A DNA stretch of 64,000 nucleotides from Callorhinchus milii (GCF_018977255.1 NW_024704743.1:36458001-36522000); one strand, 5' to 3'; shown: positions 47,421 to 61,411, numbered from the stretch's first letter. The notes: generated by a model not told the origin, from the letters alone. Made by a program: numbers and translations.

Positions 47421-49837
47421 GAAAGAAATAGTGTTTCAGTTCGTGTTCGGTTAGTAACAGATGAAGCATCCGAAAAGTGCTTCACTCATTACCGACAAAG
47501 GGCATGGAATAAGCACGAACATTCAACAGGCAGTCTTTACTTTCACCGCTATACAGCCAAGAATTAGTATTTAGAGTATACACAACACCTGGGCACAGGC
47601 TCTCCACTCAGCAAATGGAGGAGATGCAGGGGCCTCATGTAGAAAACTTGCCAACTTTCCTCTGGGGAGGTTAACTGATAGTTGAGCGGGTGATCTTCAA
47701 CAATGTCAAATGCAAACAGTTGTCAAACACTTGCCCGTTACAGAATGTTTATATCATGAGAGTTTTGAACCAGTTCAATAAACATTTTCAATACCAAAGG
47801 CAGTTGGCCTGTTTTTTAAATGAGACTGCAACTTCTTTATGAAAACTGTACCAAATCCACATAATACAGGTAGGATGGCCACGTAAATATCAGTTTTTAA
47901 TCACATTGATGAAACACCATTGGTAGTATTTTTAATTCACAGTTTTCCTTTTGTCACTAATAAACAGAAACACTACTTTCATTAAATAATGTGCAAAAAC
48001 ACTGCGGAGAAAGACAGAAAGAAACCAGTTCAAATTCGCCAAACACTGCTCAATACAAATTGTATTAAAGTAAATGGAATCTTTGCCTTCCACTGTGGAA
48101 ATGTAAATAATCAATAGCAGAGTACAGGGATACCTCATTAAAACTGAGTCCAATTTTTCATGGACCCGGCTATAAGTGAGGCACAAAGAGGCCAACTTCC
48201 AGGTCAGCAGGTTGCAGCTAATATCACTTCCTATGGTGTGATGTCAGTGCTGTTCCCTAAGCAAAATGAACTAACTGCAGGACATGACATCAGTGGTGAC
48301 CCAGGTTTACTGCCAGTTGGCAATGAGTCCACACTAGACCAAAAAGCAATACTATAATCGCCCACAAAATATACAGTCAATTCATTTTACAGTATATTCT
48401 GTGAAGTGTTGTTTCAACAACGTGATAAGGTGCCATATCAAATGCAAAGTCTATTATTATTTTCATTATTATAATATCAAAGGACGTTATAATGGAGTGC
48501 CCAGTAGTTAAATGCTTTATTTGATTCATGGGTTGAAGTCTAGGGCCTGCACGATACTGACACAGCAGCAACCAAGGGATGAGTTCTGCACTGGACTCTT
48601 CATGGTAATGTATAACCCCACTTTATAATTAAACTTATTAAACTTAATAAGTATAATTATAATTAAACTTATACTTCCTGATCAACATTATGTCTCCATG
48701 CTCACCACGTTATATGGATCAAAGGAGGCAGCTGGGACTGATCCTGCCTTGTCAACTTGTTTCATAGCCTGGAGAGGAATAGTAGAAACTGTCTGACAGA
48801 GAGGATTCAGAGACAATTATATTCCCCCAGGTCTATCTACATGAAGATCTTAAAGTATTTTTAAACATTTTTAACAATACAAAAATTCAAGCCTGCTGAA
48901 ACATATTGATATGGTGCACATTTTTAAAGTTCCTTTTAGGTTCTTTTTTAAAAAAACATTTTCAAGGTGAAATACAAACCACACTGCCCACAGTGCAGAC
49001 TACAACCAAAGATATAATACACACACAAATAGAACATTTCAGCTCAGAAGAAGCTCAACTACAAAATGCAGCAATACACCAAACCCACATTCGCCCAGGA
49101 GGGATAATAACCATGGGACTTAGCTGATCGTGTGTTAGTGGGATTCACCTGTACTCTGCTATTGATTATTTCAATTTCTGCAGTAGAAGACAAAAAAAAA
49201 CATTTTGTTTTAATCATTTTAAAGTCAGGAGTGTTTGGTGAATGTAAGCTGCTTTCATGCTGTCTTTTACATAGTTTTTGTACATTATTTGATAAAAGTA
49301 GTGTTTAGGTTTATTACTGAAAAAAGGAATGGTTTGTAAAAGCACTGTAACATGACATATTTTTTATCTATGTTTGGATTTATACAATTCATATGTGATA
49401 CAACTGATGACTAACTAACAAGAGGAGAACACACAAATATCTATTTGAAACCAGAGTCTCTGGGATACATAGTTGCACTTGTAAATAGTATGTAGTGCCC
49501 TATAGTGTAATTTTAAATAAAAGGACCTTAATACTGTCTTTGTAGGATTCTCCAAGTACCACTTCCAACAAAAATAATTTATACGTTTATAGTGCCTTTC
49601 ACGTTGGGAGGATATCTTAAAGGACATGGCTGACTGCTAGTCCGAGTTGGGTTGAGGGTTGTTAAGGAGGACAGGAGAGAAAAGTGATGAAAATCGTGGT
49701 TGAAAAGAAAGGCCTTTTCTTTAAGGTGAGTTTTAAAGATGGGAAGGGAGGGAGCAAGGTGCAGGGACCCCAGAATAGAGTTCCAGAGAATGGGAAGAGG
49801 AGGGGAAAATGGTTGAAAGTGAATCCATCAATGGTGG

Positions 49838-49912
49838 ACCCGAAACGTTGACTCACTTTCCTTTCTCCATAGATGCTGCCTGACCTGCTGAGTGTTCCCA
49901 GCAACTTGTGTT
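49838..49912 (+). mobile_element. 75-bp solo Penelope terminal module inserted in an L2 fragment
   Basis: ACCCGAAACGTTGACT...AGATGCTGCCTGACCTGCTGAGTGTTCCCAGCAACTT, with a perfect 14-bp duplication TCCATCAATGGTGG at 49824-49837 and 49913-49926. Confidence 0.85.
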
Positions 49913-51289
49913 TCCATCAATGGTGGGGCTGGGCGGGTGCAGCACATAAAGCAGGCAAAGTAGTAGGTTTGCAGAAGGTCACGATTGGTGGAACGAAGCA
50001 TTGGAGGATTTGAACAGTGATGAGGATCTTTAGAGCATCTGTGCAGATCTTAGGGCAAGCCTTTTTGATTTTACTTCTTAGTTTCGCCCACAGAATATAT
50101 AGTCAATTCACTTTACAATAAATTCTGTGAAGCGCTTTGAGATATCTCAACAACGTGCTAAAGTGCAATATCAAATGCAAGGATTATTATTATTATTATC
50201 CACCAGAGTCTGAGGAATGCCATAAAAGGGAGCGACGAACTAATAAAAAAAAACTTGGGTGTTAAGACTCTGCCAATTCTAGAAATCTCTGGAAGCACAT
50301 GATTTCAAGGTGTCATGGTCCAATCGTGGCGGCCATTTCATGATCAACAGGTGCAGTGACCTGGAAGGTATGTTTCAAGGATAAGTACATGCATGGTACG
50401 AGCCGCTTTGATGCTTCAGTACTCACTGAAAGTCACATTGCCAGAGCAGCAGCCAAATTAGAGTCTAAATTTAGCAATTCTCACTTTAAAGAATGGACGG
50501 CAAAAATCCAAGCGAGTGTAATCAGAACCAATATATATGTCAATAGGTTCTATAGATAAATACTATGTTTTGAAACAGACAATTCCCCCTCTCAAATTTA
50601 GTTAAAAGTAGTTTGATTACGTGACCGAGAGGCTTTGTGTGATGGCGGCCTATATATGGTACAAAGTTCTTTGCATAGAACATTACAGCATGCAAAAAAG
50701 CCACTTAGCCTTAATAGTGCATTTATACTAGTTGCACTGCACACGAGCCTCCATCCCTCCTAATCAACTCTACCGTACGCCCTATTCCCTTCTTCCTTAT
50801 GTCTTCGTGCAGCCATTTTGTTCAAAGAAAGATTCTAAAAACAGTAAATGATCAGTTTATCTGCAGGAGTACCAAGACACTAGGAGAAACTCTTCTTTTT
50901 GAATAGTGTCAGGGGATCTTTAATATCCACCTGAAGGTCAGGGAGATGGGATATAGATTTAATGCATCAACCAAAGGACAGTGCCTCTGACAATTTAGTG
51001 CTCCTATAGTTCTGGAGTGTCAGTCCTGTCATTGAGTGACAGTCTGGACTACAAGATCAAAATATCAGGTAGAGAAATCAGGTAAATATCAATAACTGTT
51101 TTACTAAAATCAGACATTTTGCATAATCTAGAAGGTGAATAATGACTAATACTTCAGTTCACTCTACTCTTAGAATTTGAGACCATTTTATAGTCATTTT
51201 TGATTTATATGGCTTTCCTCACTTTTCCAATGTCTGTCTCTGTCAGTGTTTTCCCCATCTGTCTCTGCAATATCCTCCCAACATGAAGG

Positions 51290-51712
51290 CTGCGGTCGAA
51301 GAGGAGATTCTTAAGACATACCTTGAAGGAGGCAGGGGAGGGAGCAAGCCAAAGGGAATGTGAGATGGAGTTCAAAATGGTAGGGGCAGAGAGGCTGAAG
51401 ACCTGACCGCTGATGATGGGGCAGGCCGGGAGGGGGACATGAGCAGGCGAGCCTGCTGAGCGGAGGGAGTGGATAGGTTGGTAAGGGTCAGGTCACAGAG
51501 GTAGGAAGAGGCAAGGCCGTGAAGGACCTGGAAGGTGAGGATGACGATTTTGAACTCTATTCTTTGGGGAACGGGGAGTTCTGGATTAAACACAGATTGT
51601 GGAGGGAAGAGTTGGTACGGCCGACAAGCAGAGAGTTGGCGTAGTCAAGCCTGGATGTGATGAACGAACAAACGAGGCTTTCGGCGGCCCGAGGGATGAG
51701 GAGTGGTGGAGC
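51290..51712 (-). mobile_element. L2 3' fragment
   Basis: LPVPQRIEFKIVILTFQVLHGLASSYLCDL. Confidence 0.87.
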
Positions 51713-52194
51713 TGAAAGCTATTCTATTCAGCTGTAAAAGATAATGCAGAGTTATAAATTATGTGGCTTGTTTTTGGCTGAGCCTGCTTGCTGAATATTT
51801 AATAATTTGCTAGTCATTGCCATATAATCCCCCACAAACTTGCAGGAATGGGTGGTACTATGTACAAAGGATGATTGCAGGAGGAGGCAGTGACAAACTA
51901 ATGTGAATCATTCCAAGCCTTTTTCATCTGCTGAAGTGACTACTTTAAAAATAAATTGGCCTGATCAGTCCTTCACTGTACCAGCTCATTTTGACATTGG
52001 TTGCTACAGAAACAGTGAAATTTCAACAACACGCCAGGGCAGACCTCAAATATGCAGGACACAAATCCTTTGGCAAGGCATGATAGGTCATTATAGGGAT
52101 TCCATTTAAACACAGTGCATTTCAGAAGGTTTGTGTATTAATTTGTACTGTTTTCACTTTTATTTATAAAACCATTTATTGTCAAGGTCTCTCA

Positions 52195-53175
52195 TGTGTC
52201 AGCACGGCTCAGTTGGTAGCAACAACAACAAATCACACTTGTATAGCGCCCTTCACGTCAGACAAACGACTCAGGGTGCTGGAAAGTCAGGGTTTTTTGG
52301 AACGGAGTTGAGAGTTGGGTTTAGGAGGAGTGGAAGGGGGGGGGGTTGAGGGTGGGAAGGCATGGTTGAAGAGGAATGTCTTAATACGGGACTTGAAGGA
52401 GGCAAGAGAGGGGGGGTGAGGCTGAGGAATTGTGGGATAGAGTTCCAGAGTGTGGGGGCAGAGATGCTGAATGCCTGACTGCCAATGGTGGGGCGAGAAG
52501 TGCAGGGGACCTGAAGCAGACCAGTGTCTGTCGAGCGGAGGGGGCTTACAGGCTGAATGGGGTTAGGAGGTTGGAGAGGTTGGGGGGAGCAAAACCGTGG
52601 AGGGCTTTGAAGGTGAGAACAAGGGTTTTGTACTCAATTCTCCAAGGGATGGGGAGCCAGTGAAGCTGGGCAAGAACGGGGGTGATTGGTTCACGGAGCC
52701 CGGTGTGGGAGAGGACACGAGCAGTAGAGTTTTGAATAATCTGCAGCTTGTGGAGGGAAGAGTTGGGAAGTCCAGTGAGCAGGCAGTTGGCGTAGTCAAG
52801 CCGGGACTTGATGAAAATGTTGATCAATGTCTCAGCGGAGCACTCTCACCTCTGAGTCATAATCTTGTAGGTTCAAACCACATCAGAATTGAACTCATAC
52901 AATCTATGCTGACACTCCAATGCAGTCCTGGGAGTGTGTTTCATTGTCAGAGATGCATCCTTCAGATGATACCTTGAACCGAGGTCCAGTCTGCCTGTTC
53001 ACGTGGACATTAAAGATCCCATGGCACTACTTGAAAAGAGAAGTGAGTTTCTCCCGGTGTCCTGGCCACCAATCCCCCAAATTAAATGGATGATTCACTT
53101 CACAGCTGTTTGTGGGACATCAGAACTGGGCTGCTAGGTTCATCTACAAATACACAACCACTCCAGTTCAGAGTA
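52195..53175 (+). mobile_element. Older Deu SINE whose tRNA head is split by an L2 insertion
   Basis: GGCTCAGTTGGTAGCA at 52206-52221 resumes as AGCACTCTCACCTCTGAGTC at 52839. Confidence 0.85.
52222..52838 (-). mobile_element. L2 3' fragment with AGCA target duplication
   Basis: SRLDYANCLLTGLPNSSLHKLQIIQN...LHWLPIPWRIEYKTLVLTFKALHG; AGCA at 52218-52221 and 52839-52842. Confidence 0.92.
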
Positions 53176-55919
53176 AATCTCATTTTGGGGATTTTATGGA
53201 TCCATTTTGCTCTCTGCAGTTTGTTGTTGTGTACAAGCGGGGGGCAGGGTGGCTATATTTATTTTCCTCCTGCAACTCCAATGTATCTCTTGAGTATTCT
53301 CTGTGCTCTTGTGAAAAAAAATGGCTGTTATGGATAGTACTTTGACTTTGTTTGATCTTTTTCAATAAGAAAACAGATTTGGGGCTCAGTGTTACTTATA
53401 TTCGTAGATTAATAAACACCTCCTTTCTTCCATACCATCAGCACCCCTCCCCTATATATTCGATCCTCTTGTAAAATGACAATGGCCTTTCAAACACTCA
53501 ATGACATAAGTTAAGCCTCGTTGGCCAATTACACCAAGTTTCCAACCATGAATATTCCCTCAGCAGCCCATCATAGCTCCACTTATTTACCTTGCTGTAT
53601 GGAAAGCTGGCACAAGACCCAGTTGCAGAGGATGTGATAAACCACCACTGAAGGCAAGAGTGCAGCCTACATTATATTACAGTCCTCTACCAGCAACAAC
53701 ACTGGTACAGGTTGTTGGAGCTGAAGGAGCCAAGAAATGTTGCCTTCTTTGTCTGTCACTTCACCAGTCAGTGGACAGTTTTGTTAACACTACTATAAGT
53801 CTACATTGGCTTACAACTTCCTTCAGCTATACCATACAATCCAATGCAGAAAATTGAGCTGGCAGAATATTGTGCTCCAGTAAACAAAATAAAATCTCCT
53901 TTCTCTTTTTGAGTAGTGCCATGGGATCTTCAATGTCCATTTGAAAGAGCAGACTGGACTTCAGTTAAAGGTCTCATTCAAAGGAAGGTTATGATCTGCA
54001 AGGTCTGGCTCTACCATTGCAAATAAAGTGTGGGGGGGTGGAGGGGAGAGAAGTAAAAGGATCTGTGACATGCATATCTCCATTCAGTATCTCCTCAAAG
54101 AAAGATTTTGATGCTCAAAAAAACTCTGCTAAGCGGGTGTCCAAGGATGCCAGGACCCTGGGCTATTCATGCAGGTTTCAGACACTACGACTATAATTTA
54201 GAAACCCTTGGGCATGGGGAAGAGAGAAGAGAAAATTTCAAATCACCCTAAATAAATAATATAATGCAGTTAGGAATACCATCCAATATTTATTGGCCTT
54301 CTGATCAGAGCCACTATTTTCACACCGTTTGCAGTGAGGCACTTGCAACAAGAAAAATCTCTGCATTCACTCTGCCATTTCCAGTGTTATCACTGCTCAG
54401 CACTCAAAAAAACAACTGCTTTTAAACACAGCCTGAGCACCTTCAATTTTATAATCAGAAAAAACCCCACAATAATGGTCTTTTATTAAGAAAAACCATT
54501 AGAGAGAACCCTTTATGGATAAGGTGGAGGAAAATCAAAACTGCTTTATTTCAAACTGAGGAAACCACCAACTGCTCTCCTCATTCACACTGGGTACAGA
54601 AAACAAGGAGACAAACAGATGGCAGGGAGCTGCAAATCTCAGACAAGGTGCTTTCTTACTGCAGACAAAGTGACAATACAGTAGAAGACTGGCTGCATGA
54701 AAACCAAAAGATTAGCTCCATACCTGCTGCTCCTGCGAACCAGTTGCAATAATAGACTTGTGATGGGAGGATCAATAGCAACCTGGTGATTAACTGCTGG
54801 TATGAGGAATCCTTCAATCAGACTTGAGTTTATGCATTCCTCAAAAAACGATTTCCATCCTGATTATTTAAATGCTGTTGCACAGGAAATGTTGGAAGAG
54901 TATGCAGCTTGCTACTGTACCAGGGTGGCAAAGGTTAACTCTGCACTAAAATGCATGATGTATTTGGTCGTTCCTCATCCAGACTGTGAGAAGTGGCTAA
55001 TTATCGCACGGTTAGAAACTGGCAGGAGTCCAGGCCTCACACGGCCACAATACTTGATTAGGTGATTGGAAAAATACCGTCCATCAAACTTGGTCAATCC
55101 ACTAATAGACAAGAATTGTTTTTGCAGTCGCACATTTCTGAAATCCCTTCTCTAAAATACTTTGATTCTGATAGGCCACTTAAAGGATTTCAGATCAAAT
55201 AATCTGGATTTTCAAAAAAAAGCAAACAGTAAAAATGACATTGTGGTTTTGAAATATTTATTCTCCCAAAAAAATGCAATAATTGCTAAAGGAAATGTCG
55301 AGGTTAACAAATAAATATTCAAACTGAATAATAATAATAATCCTTAGCAGTCTTCTATATGTCTATGAATACATGAAGACTGAATATCTTCATTTATAAA
55401 CAGAAATCATATTGAAATACAATCCTAATACAAATGTGTTGTGCTCACCAATGTGATCAATGTGCCACCAATTATCCGTATGTTGGCAAGACCAACAGGT
55501 TAAAAGGGCTTTCATGCAGCTTTTACATTCCATCTAAATTATTTTGTTTATCAGAAAATTAAAGAGTTTCATTTTAATCTGAACACACCCAGTATAGAAA
55601 GATAGCAAAATGTGTGGTGAATTGACTGACCTCAGGCAATCATGCAGTTGGGGTGCAACATACAACTGACTTCAGGCTGCTTGTGACTACTGCCTTTGCT
55701 TACAAAATACATTCACTCCACTTTACAGTAAATATAGCAAAGCTCTTTGAGATATCCTCCCAACATGAAAGGTGCTACATCAAATGCAAAGATCATTTCT
55801 TTTTAATAATATCAGTTTCCTGCTCTGGATGGCTTTCCTCGCTTTCCAGCAATTCCTCCTGGAGTTTGTGTGAACTCCAAACTTCTGATGAGATAGTAGC
55901 AGTACTAATAGTAGTAGTA

Positions 55920-56300
55920 ATAATAATAATCCTTATATTTGGAAAAAAACTCCTTCCACATTAGGAGATGTCCCAAAGCTCTTCGCAGAATATAATGTAA
56001 AATGGAGTGATTGTATTTGTGAATGAACTTAGTAGTCATTTTGCGAACCGCAATTATTATGTGATGTAGCGACATGTAGTGAATGATCAATTTTTTTAGG
56101 GGAGTATTGGCCAGGACCCCGGGAGAAACTCCCTTTTTGAATAGTGGTATGGGATCATTAACATCCACTTGCATAGGCAAATAAAGCCTTGGTTGAACGT
56201 CTCATCCGCAGGACAGCACCTTCAACAATGAGGTGTACCCCCAGCACTGTGTGAGTGTCAGCCGAGACTGTGAGCTCAGAATTCTGAGTACCTTCTTGGA
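55920..56300 (-). mobile_element. Older full-Deu-domain SINE
   Basis: Aligns with 985-1398. Confidence 0.8.
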
Positions 56301-56721
56301 ATTAGTGGCAGAATTTTAACAAACCAAATGCTTTTTGCCCCCCTATCTCAACATAATTCTGTGGACCTGGGCCTTTTTTTGGTTTGTAAAAATATACGGT
56401 AGCACCATCAAAACCTTAACAATCTTACCGTTAGTTTTGTCATCGAGACAAGTTAATTTTACATTATTTTCATACCCAATTAAAATTCTAGACATTCTTC
56501 TTAGATTGAGTAAATAATTTGAGTTTGAACGAACCTACAATGGGGAGCATAGCTCCTTTAAGCTTAGAACTGTGTTTTTTTTCAAACCAATTATTAATAT
56601 ATGGCTATTTGAGGCCAAATTTGCAGGTGCACATGACGGTTCTGCTCTTCACTCAGACAACTGGCTTGGAGAACAGTGGATAGCAGGAGATGTGCTTTCT
56701 CCAGCCCTATGAATGCCATAA

Positions 56722-57570
56722 GAACATAAGAATTTCTTAGGCAAAAGAAGACCAGATTCCATCTTGTCTGCCTTCCACCATCCTGGCAATTGCTTGACAT
56801 GTCATGTCTCAAACTATACACTGTATCCCAAGATATTATTTTCTAGCAAAAATCTATCTAATTTGTTCTTGAAACAAACAACACTGTTTTCCACTGCTTC
56901 CACTGTCTCCTTAGGGAGCCTGTTCCATAAATTTACTACTCGCTCACTGAGGTAGTGTGTCCACAGATTTGTTCTGAATTTACCACCCTTCAATCACAGA
57001 CCATGTTTTCTGGTTCTATTGTTCAGATAAAACAGTTTATTCATGGTCTACATTATCTATTCCCTTCAGAATCTTAAAGACCCAATCATATCACCCCTCA
57101 ACCTTCTCTTCTCCAGTGTGAACATTCCCAGTTTACCTAATTGCTCTTCGTAGTCAAGTCTCCCATCCCCTCAATCAATTTTGGTTGCCCTCCTCTGTAT
57201 CCTCTCCAGATCCAGAACTGTACACAGTATTCCAAGTGCAGTCGCACCAGTGATTTATAAAATGGTAGGATGACCCGACTATTCGGGCTCAATATTGCTC
57301 TTTTAATACAGCCCAGCATCTGGTTTGCCTTAGTCACTGCTATCGAGCACTGTTGTGATAGCTTCAATTTATTATCAATCAGGATTCCCAGGTCCTTTTA
57401 ATTTTCCGAACAGCTTATTTTCTTTCCATTTAAATAATAGTCCCATCGTGGATTTTTGTCCCCATGTGAAGCCCTTTGCATCTCTCTACATTCAATTTCA
57501 TCTGTCACTGATCTGCGCAAGTATGTCCAAGTCCTCCTGTAACCTATCCTGTTCATCTCTGCCCTCATGA
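56722..57570 (-). mobile_element. CR1 3' fragment
   Basis: [25 protein letters not shown]...[27 protein letters not shown]-type terminal repeat. Confidence 0.9.
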
Positions 57571-58084
57571 TAGAATATATTGCAGCGTTCTTACAAGAAT
57601 GAAGAAACAAGCAAGGCTGTCTTCAGTAATGATCTGAAAAGACTTTCACAAACACACAAAGATTAAAAGTAGCTCAAGTGACGTCCTGTTGAATTTTCTT
57701 TCTCATGCGCACTAACAAAGGACTTCACAGGACACTTCCATATGGCAATGTACAGTCTCTTTTGCTGAATGGACAAATGGATCTTGACCCCTGCAGTTAT
57801 GCCTTAGCCAAGGTACTGGACCTCTATCTCTGAGATATTTGTAACATATCTATAGTAATAACAGGAGCATTAGCCTTCCTCTCATGTTGTTTTTCTCTCG
57901 AGTCAAGCACCTGAGAACGTTAGTACGACGCAGTGTCTTAAAACTACTGAAAATGTCATGATTGTGTCCACAGAGAAATATTAACAGTGCTTTTTACCCT
58001 GTAAAGTCCCTTCTCTGATTACCCGAGTAAGTATTAGCTTTCACATACACATATTCGCATATCTAGGTCAAAAGCTTTGTATTG

Positions 58085-58400
58085 TTTTTTTTTGGGGGGG
58101 GGGGTGGTGGTCAGCCGGGTGTCTGACACATGCAGAAACCCATCACCATGCTTAAAAGTTTCCAAACCAAGCTGAGATGTCCATGCATTCCACCTACTCA
58201 TGGAAATCCCAGGGATATTTATTGGAATGCGCACTCTCTCCCTGAAGAGACACATCTTGCTTACTTAATTCTGGAAAATATTAGGCGCAGGGTGGCAAGA
58301 GCCAAGGCTTGAGGACTCCAGAGTGTGTGTTGGGGTACTGCTGGAGTCTAATCAGCTAAAACCGCATAGCTTGCCATAGATATTGCTGTCTGGCGAGCTT
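58085..58400 (-). mobile_element. 3' part of the same LF-SINE-like repeat
   Basis: CAGCCGGGTGTCTGA...GAAACCCATCA...GGCAAGAGCCAAGGCTTG aligns with 41309-41600. Confidence 0.65.
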
Positions 58401-59054
58401 AAACATGCTTTTTATAACTACGCAATGAGATAACATTTTATCTGTCTTTATATAAATGTGTGTTGGAGTATTATCTATTTTGTGCTCATCAATAAAGCCT
58501 GTATTTACCCCATCTAACTTTTTGTAAAATTGTTCAAAGAGGAAACAATGATGACACATGTGCAGATCTTTGGATTTGCCAGTACTGAAGCAGGCCTGTA
58601 ACTTCAATAGCAAAGCTGTGCCAATTGTCAGGTCACTTCACTCCTGGTCTCTGTGATTGTGCTGCAGGGCCTCTTGTGGATTAACCCTCAGTGAAACAGA
58701 CTCTGGGATCAGTTGGCACATCACCAATTCTTATCCAGGAAAGGCAATAAACCCCAGCTTCTGCAAATGAGACAGCGACTGGTAAAGTGCAGCTTCAAGA
58801 ACCTCATAGGCTAATTTGCAGTCTAAACCAGACATTAGTGTTGGAATGGGTTTGTGCTCCTAATCACTACCACACAATTAATTTGGACGAAGAAGGCATT
58901 TTAGCCCGTCTGATCTCATCCTTCTAGAATATCCACCTTACTGCCCCCTCCCCCAAATCACAACATCAAGGTGATTTTTAAAGGGAGTTCTTGTGTCCTG
59001 GCCTCTACCATATTTCCTGGCAATGAGTTCCAGTTGGTATACCCTCTGCCTGGA

Positions 59055-60210
59055 AATGGTCAGGGTGAGGGGAGAGAAGGGAGGGAGCGAGGAGGGGTAG
59101 AGAGTCGAGAGGGGAGGTGAAGGCACGGTTGAAGAGAAAGGTCTTGAGACCGGCCTTGAAGGAGGAAAGGGAGGAAGTAAGGCGAAGGCACTGGGGGATG
59201 GAGTTCCAGAGCCTGGGGGCTGAGAGGCTGAAAGCCCGGCCACCGATGATAGGGCGGTCAGGGCGGGGGGTGTGGAGCAGACCGGAGCCAGAGGAACGGA
59301 GGGTACGGGCAGGTAGATAGGGGGATAGTAGGTCAGCGAGGTAGGAGGGAGCAAGGCCGTGAATGGCCTTGTAGGTGAGGATGAGGATCTTGAAATCGAT
59401 CCTCTGGGGGATGGGGAGCCAGTGGAGGCGAGCGAGGGTGGGAGTGATGTGGTCACGAAGCCTGGTGCGGGACAGTACACGAGCTGCAGAGTTCTGAATG
59501 ACCTGCAGCTTGTGGAGGGAGGTGCCGGGAAGGCCGGCGAGGAGAGAGTTCCCATAGTCCAGCCTTGAGGTGATAAAGGCGTGGACCAGTGTTTCAGCAG
59601 CGTGAGGGGTGAGGTAGTGCCGTAGTCTGGCGATGTTCCGGAGGTGGTGGAAGGCGGTGCCAGTTGTGGCGCTGATATGAGGAAGGAAGGACAGCTCAGG
59701 GTCAAACAGAACTCCGAGGTTCCTGACGGCTTTGAGAGGTGGAGAGTGCAGCCTTGGATGCTGATGCTGTCAGCTCCTGAGGTGCGGAGGCGCTGACGTG
59801 AGCCAATCAGGAGGGCCTCAGTTTTATGCACGTTGAGCTGAAGAAAGTTGTCTCTCGTCCAGGACTCGATGTCGGACAGGCAGACTGTCAGGACATCGGT
59901 GGTCGTGGAGTTGAGAGTAGAGGAGGAAAGGTAGAGTTGGGTGTCCTCCGCATACATGTGGAAGTTAACCCCATGTCTGCGGATGATGTCACCAAAGGGG
60001 AGCATGTAGGGGGTGAAGTGGAGGGGACCGAGGACAGAGCCCTGAGGGACGCCGCACGAGACAGTGCGGGGGCTGGAGGAAAAGCCGTGGAAACAAAATG
60101 AAGACGGTGGGAGAGGTAGGACCTAAACCACTCAAGGACAGGGCCTTGAAGGTTGAGGTGGGAGGACAAGCGGTGGAGGAGGATAGAGTGGTCGACCATA
60201 TCGAATGCGG
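59055..60210 (-). mobile_element. L2-clade LINE, longest fragment (C-terminal RT, frameshifted)
   Basis: AFDMVDHSILLHRL...[49 protein letters not shown] (YADD changed to YAED), [16 protein letters not shown]. Confidence 0.93.
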
Positions 60211-60277
60211 TCCTGAGAAATAGAGGAGCAATTTCCTGAGAAATAGAGGAGCAATTTCCTGAGAAATAGAGGAGCAA
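60211..60277. repeat. 23-bp tandem repeat, about 2.9 copies (TCCTGAGAAATAGAGGAGCAATT)
   Basis: Perfect units begin at 60211, 60234 and 60257. Confidence 0.95.
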
Positions 60278-61197
60278 GCCCAGCATTCCACTTGTGAGTC
60301 AGTATTAATGTACCCATCACACCCTATAATCCTCAGGCATTCCAGAAACATTGCTCCATAGTAGACAAAGGTGTGTTCGCCCACAAAAAACAGTCATTGC
60401 ACTTAACAGCATATCCTGTGTATCACTTAAAAAGGTCATCCTGACAAGAAAAGTACTATACCAAACATACGATAATTATGTTTTAATTATGATGATTATT
60501 ATTGATAATAAAGCTGCAGGGGTAAACTTATTGCTCTCCCACTTGCAGCCTCAGCAGAGCGCTGTCTGGAAAAGAATTAGGAATTACACAGAATCCCATG
60601 ACCTTCAGGCATCTGTGAATGTTGCCTGCACGGTTCTGCATTACAGTGCCCGCTTCGGTGTGGCTCCCTGCAGCAATTTTATAAGAGCCTATTAATAAGC
60701 TTTACACATACCAAATGTCACGAGACTGCAAGCTAAAGTACGCAGCATCCCAAGTATATTTTATATTGGTGCGAATTAATAGGTCACCAACTGAACACAG
60801 TCTTGACCTTTAGACTGAAGTACTGAATGCTTTGAGCAAAGTCACTCTCATATTTTTTAAAAGAGGAAAGACATGAATTTGTTTTTTTTTTAAATGCTGG
60901 TAAGCTACAGTGTAGCTGCTAGACCATTAAACACTGGAAACTCAAATGTTTGGTTTTCCCAGCTCTCAAAGAGTTACACAAATTCCAAGCTGACAGTGGA
61001 TCCAATGATTGCAGTCTTGTTTGACTTCAGTTATTATCTATAAAGATCTTTTGTTTTAGAACAAGTAAATGTACTCTTGCGATCGTCTTGCAGGCCACAG
61101 CAAGTTCTTCATGCTTTTCTTTGTTGCTGGCCACCTTATCCCTGTATAATGCTGCATTTGTGAAGTCTCCTGCAAAATGGCAAGGTTGCTCAGCATG

Positions 61198-61411
61198 TTA
61201 ATAATAATAATAATAATAATAATCCTTGCATTTGATATAGCGCTTTTCACGTCAGGAGGACGTCCCAAAGCGCTTCACAGAACACACTGTAAAGTGAATT
61301 GACTGTATATTTGTGGGCAAACGCGGCAGCCAATTGCGCACAGCAATGTCCCACAAACAGTCATGGATTGAAAATGACCAATTTATTATTGTTTTTGGGT
61401 TTTGGAGGGAT
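61198..61411 (-). mobile_element. Young SINE, 5'-truncated
   Basis: Tail and core match the family; the tRNA head is missing. Confidence 0.9.

Noticed and set aside
58938..60005. 355-aa ORF as a novel gene
   Set aside because: The first ~90 aa are L2 RT. The rest is a frameshifted Ser/Pro-rich read of L2 sequence.
60211..60277. CRISPR-like array
   Set aside because: The repeats are directly adjacent with no spacers, there are no cas genes, and the context is vertebrate.
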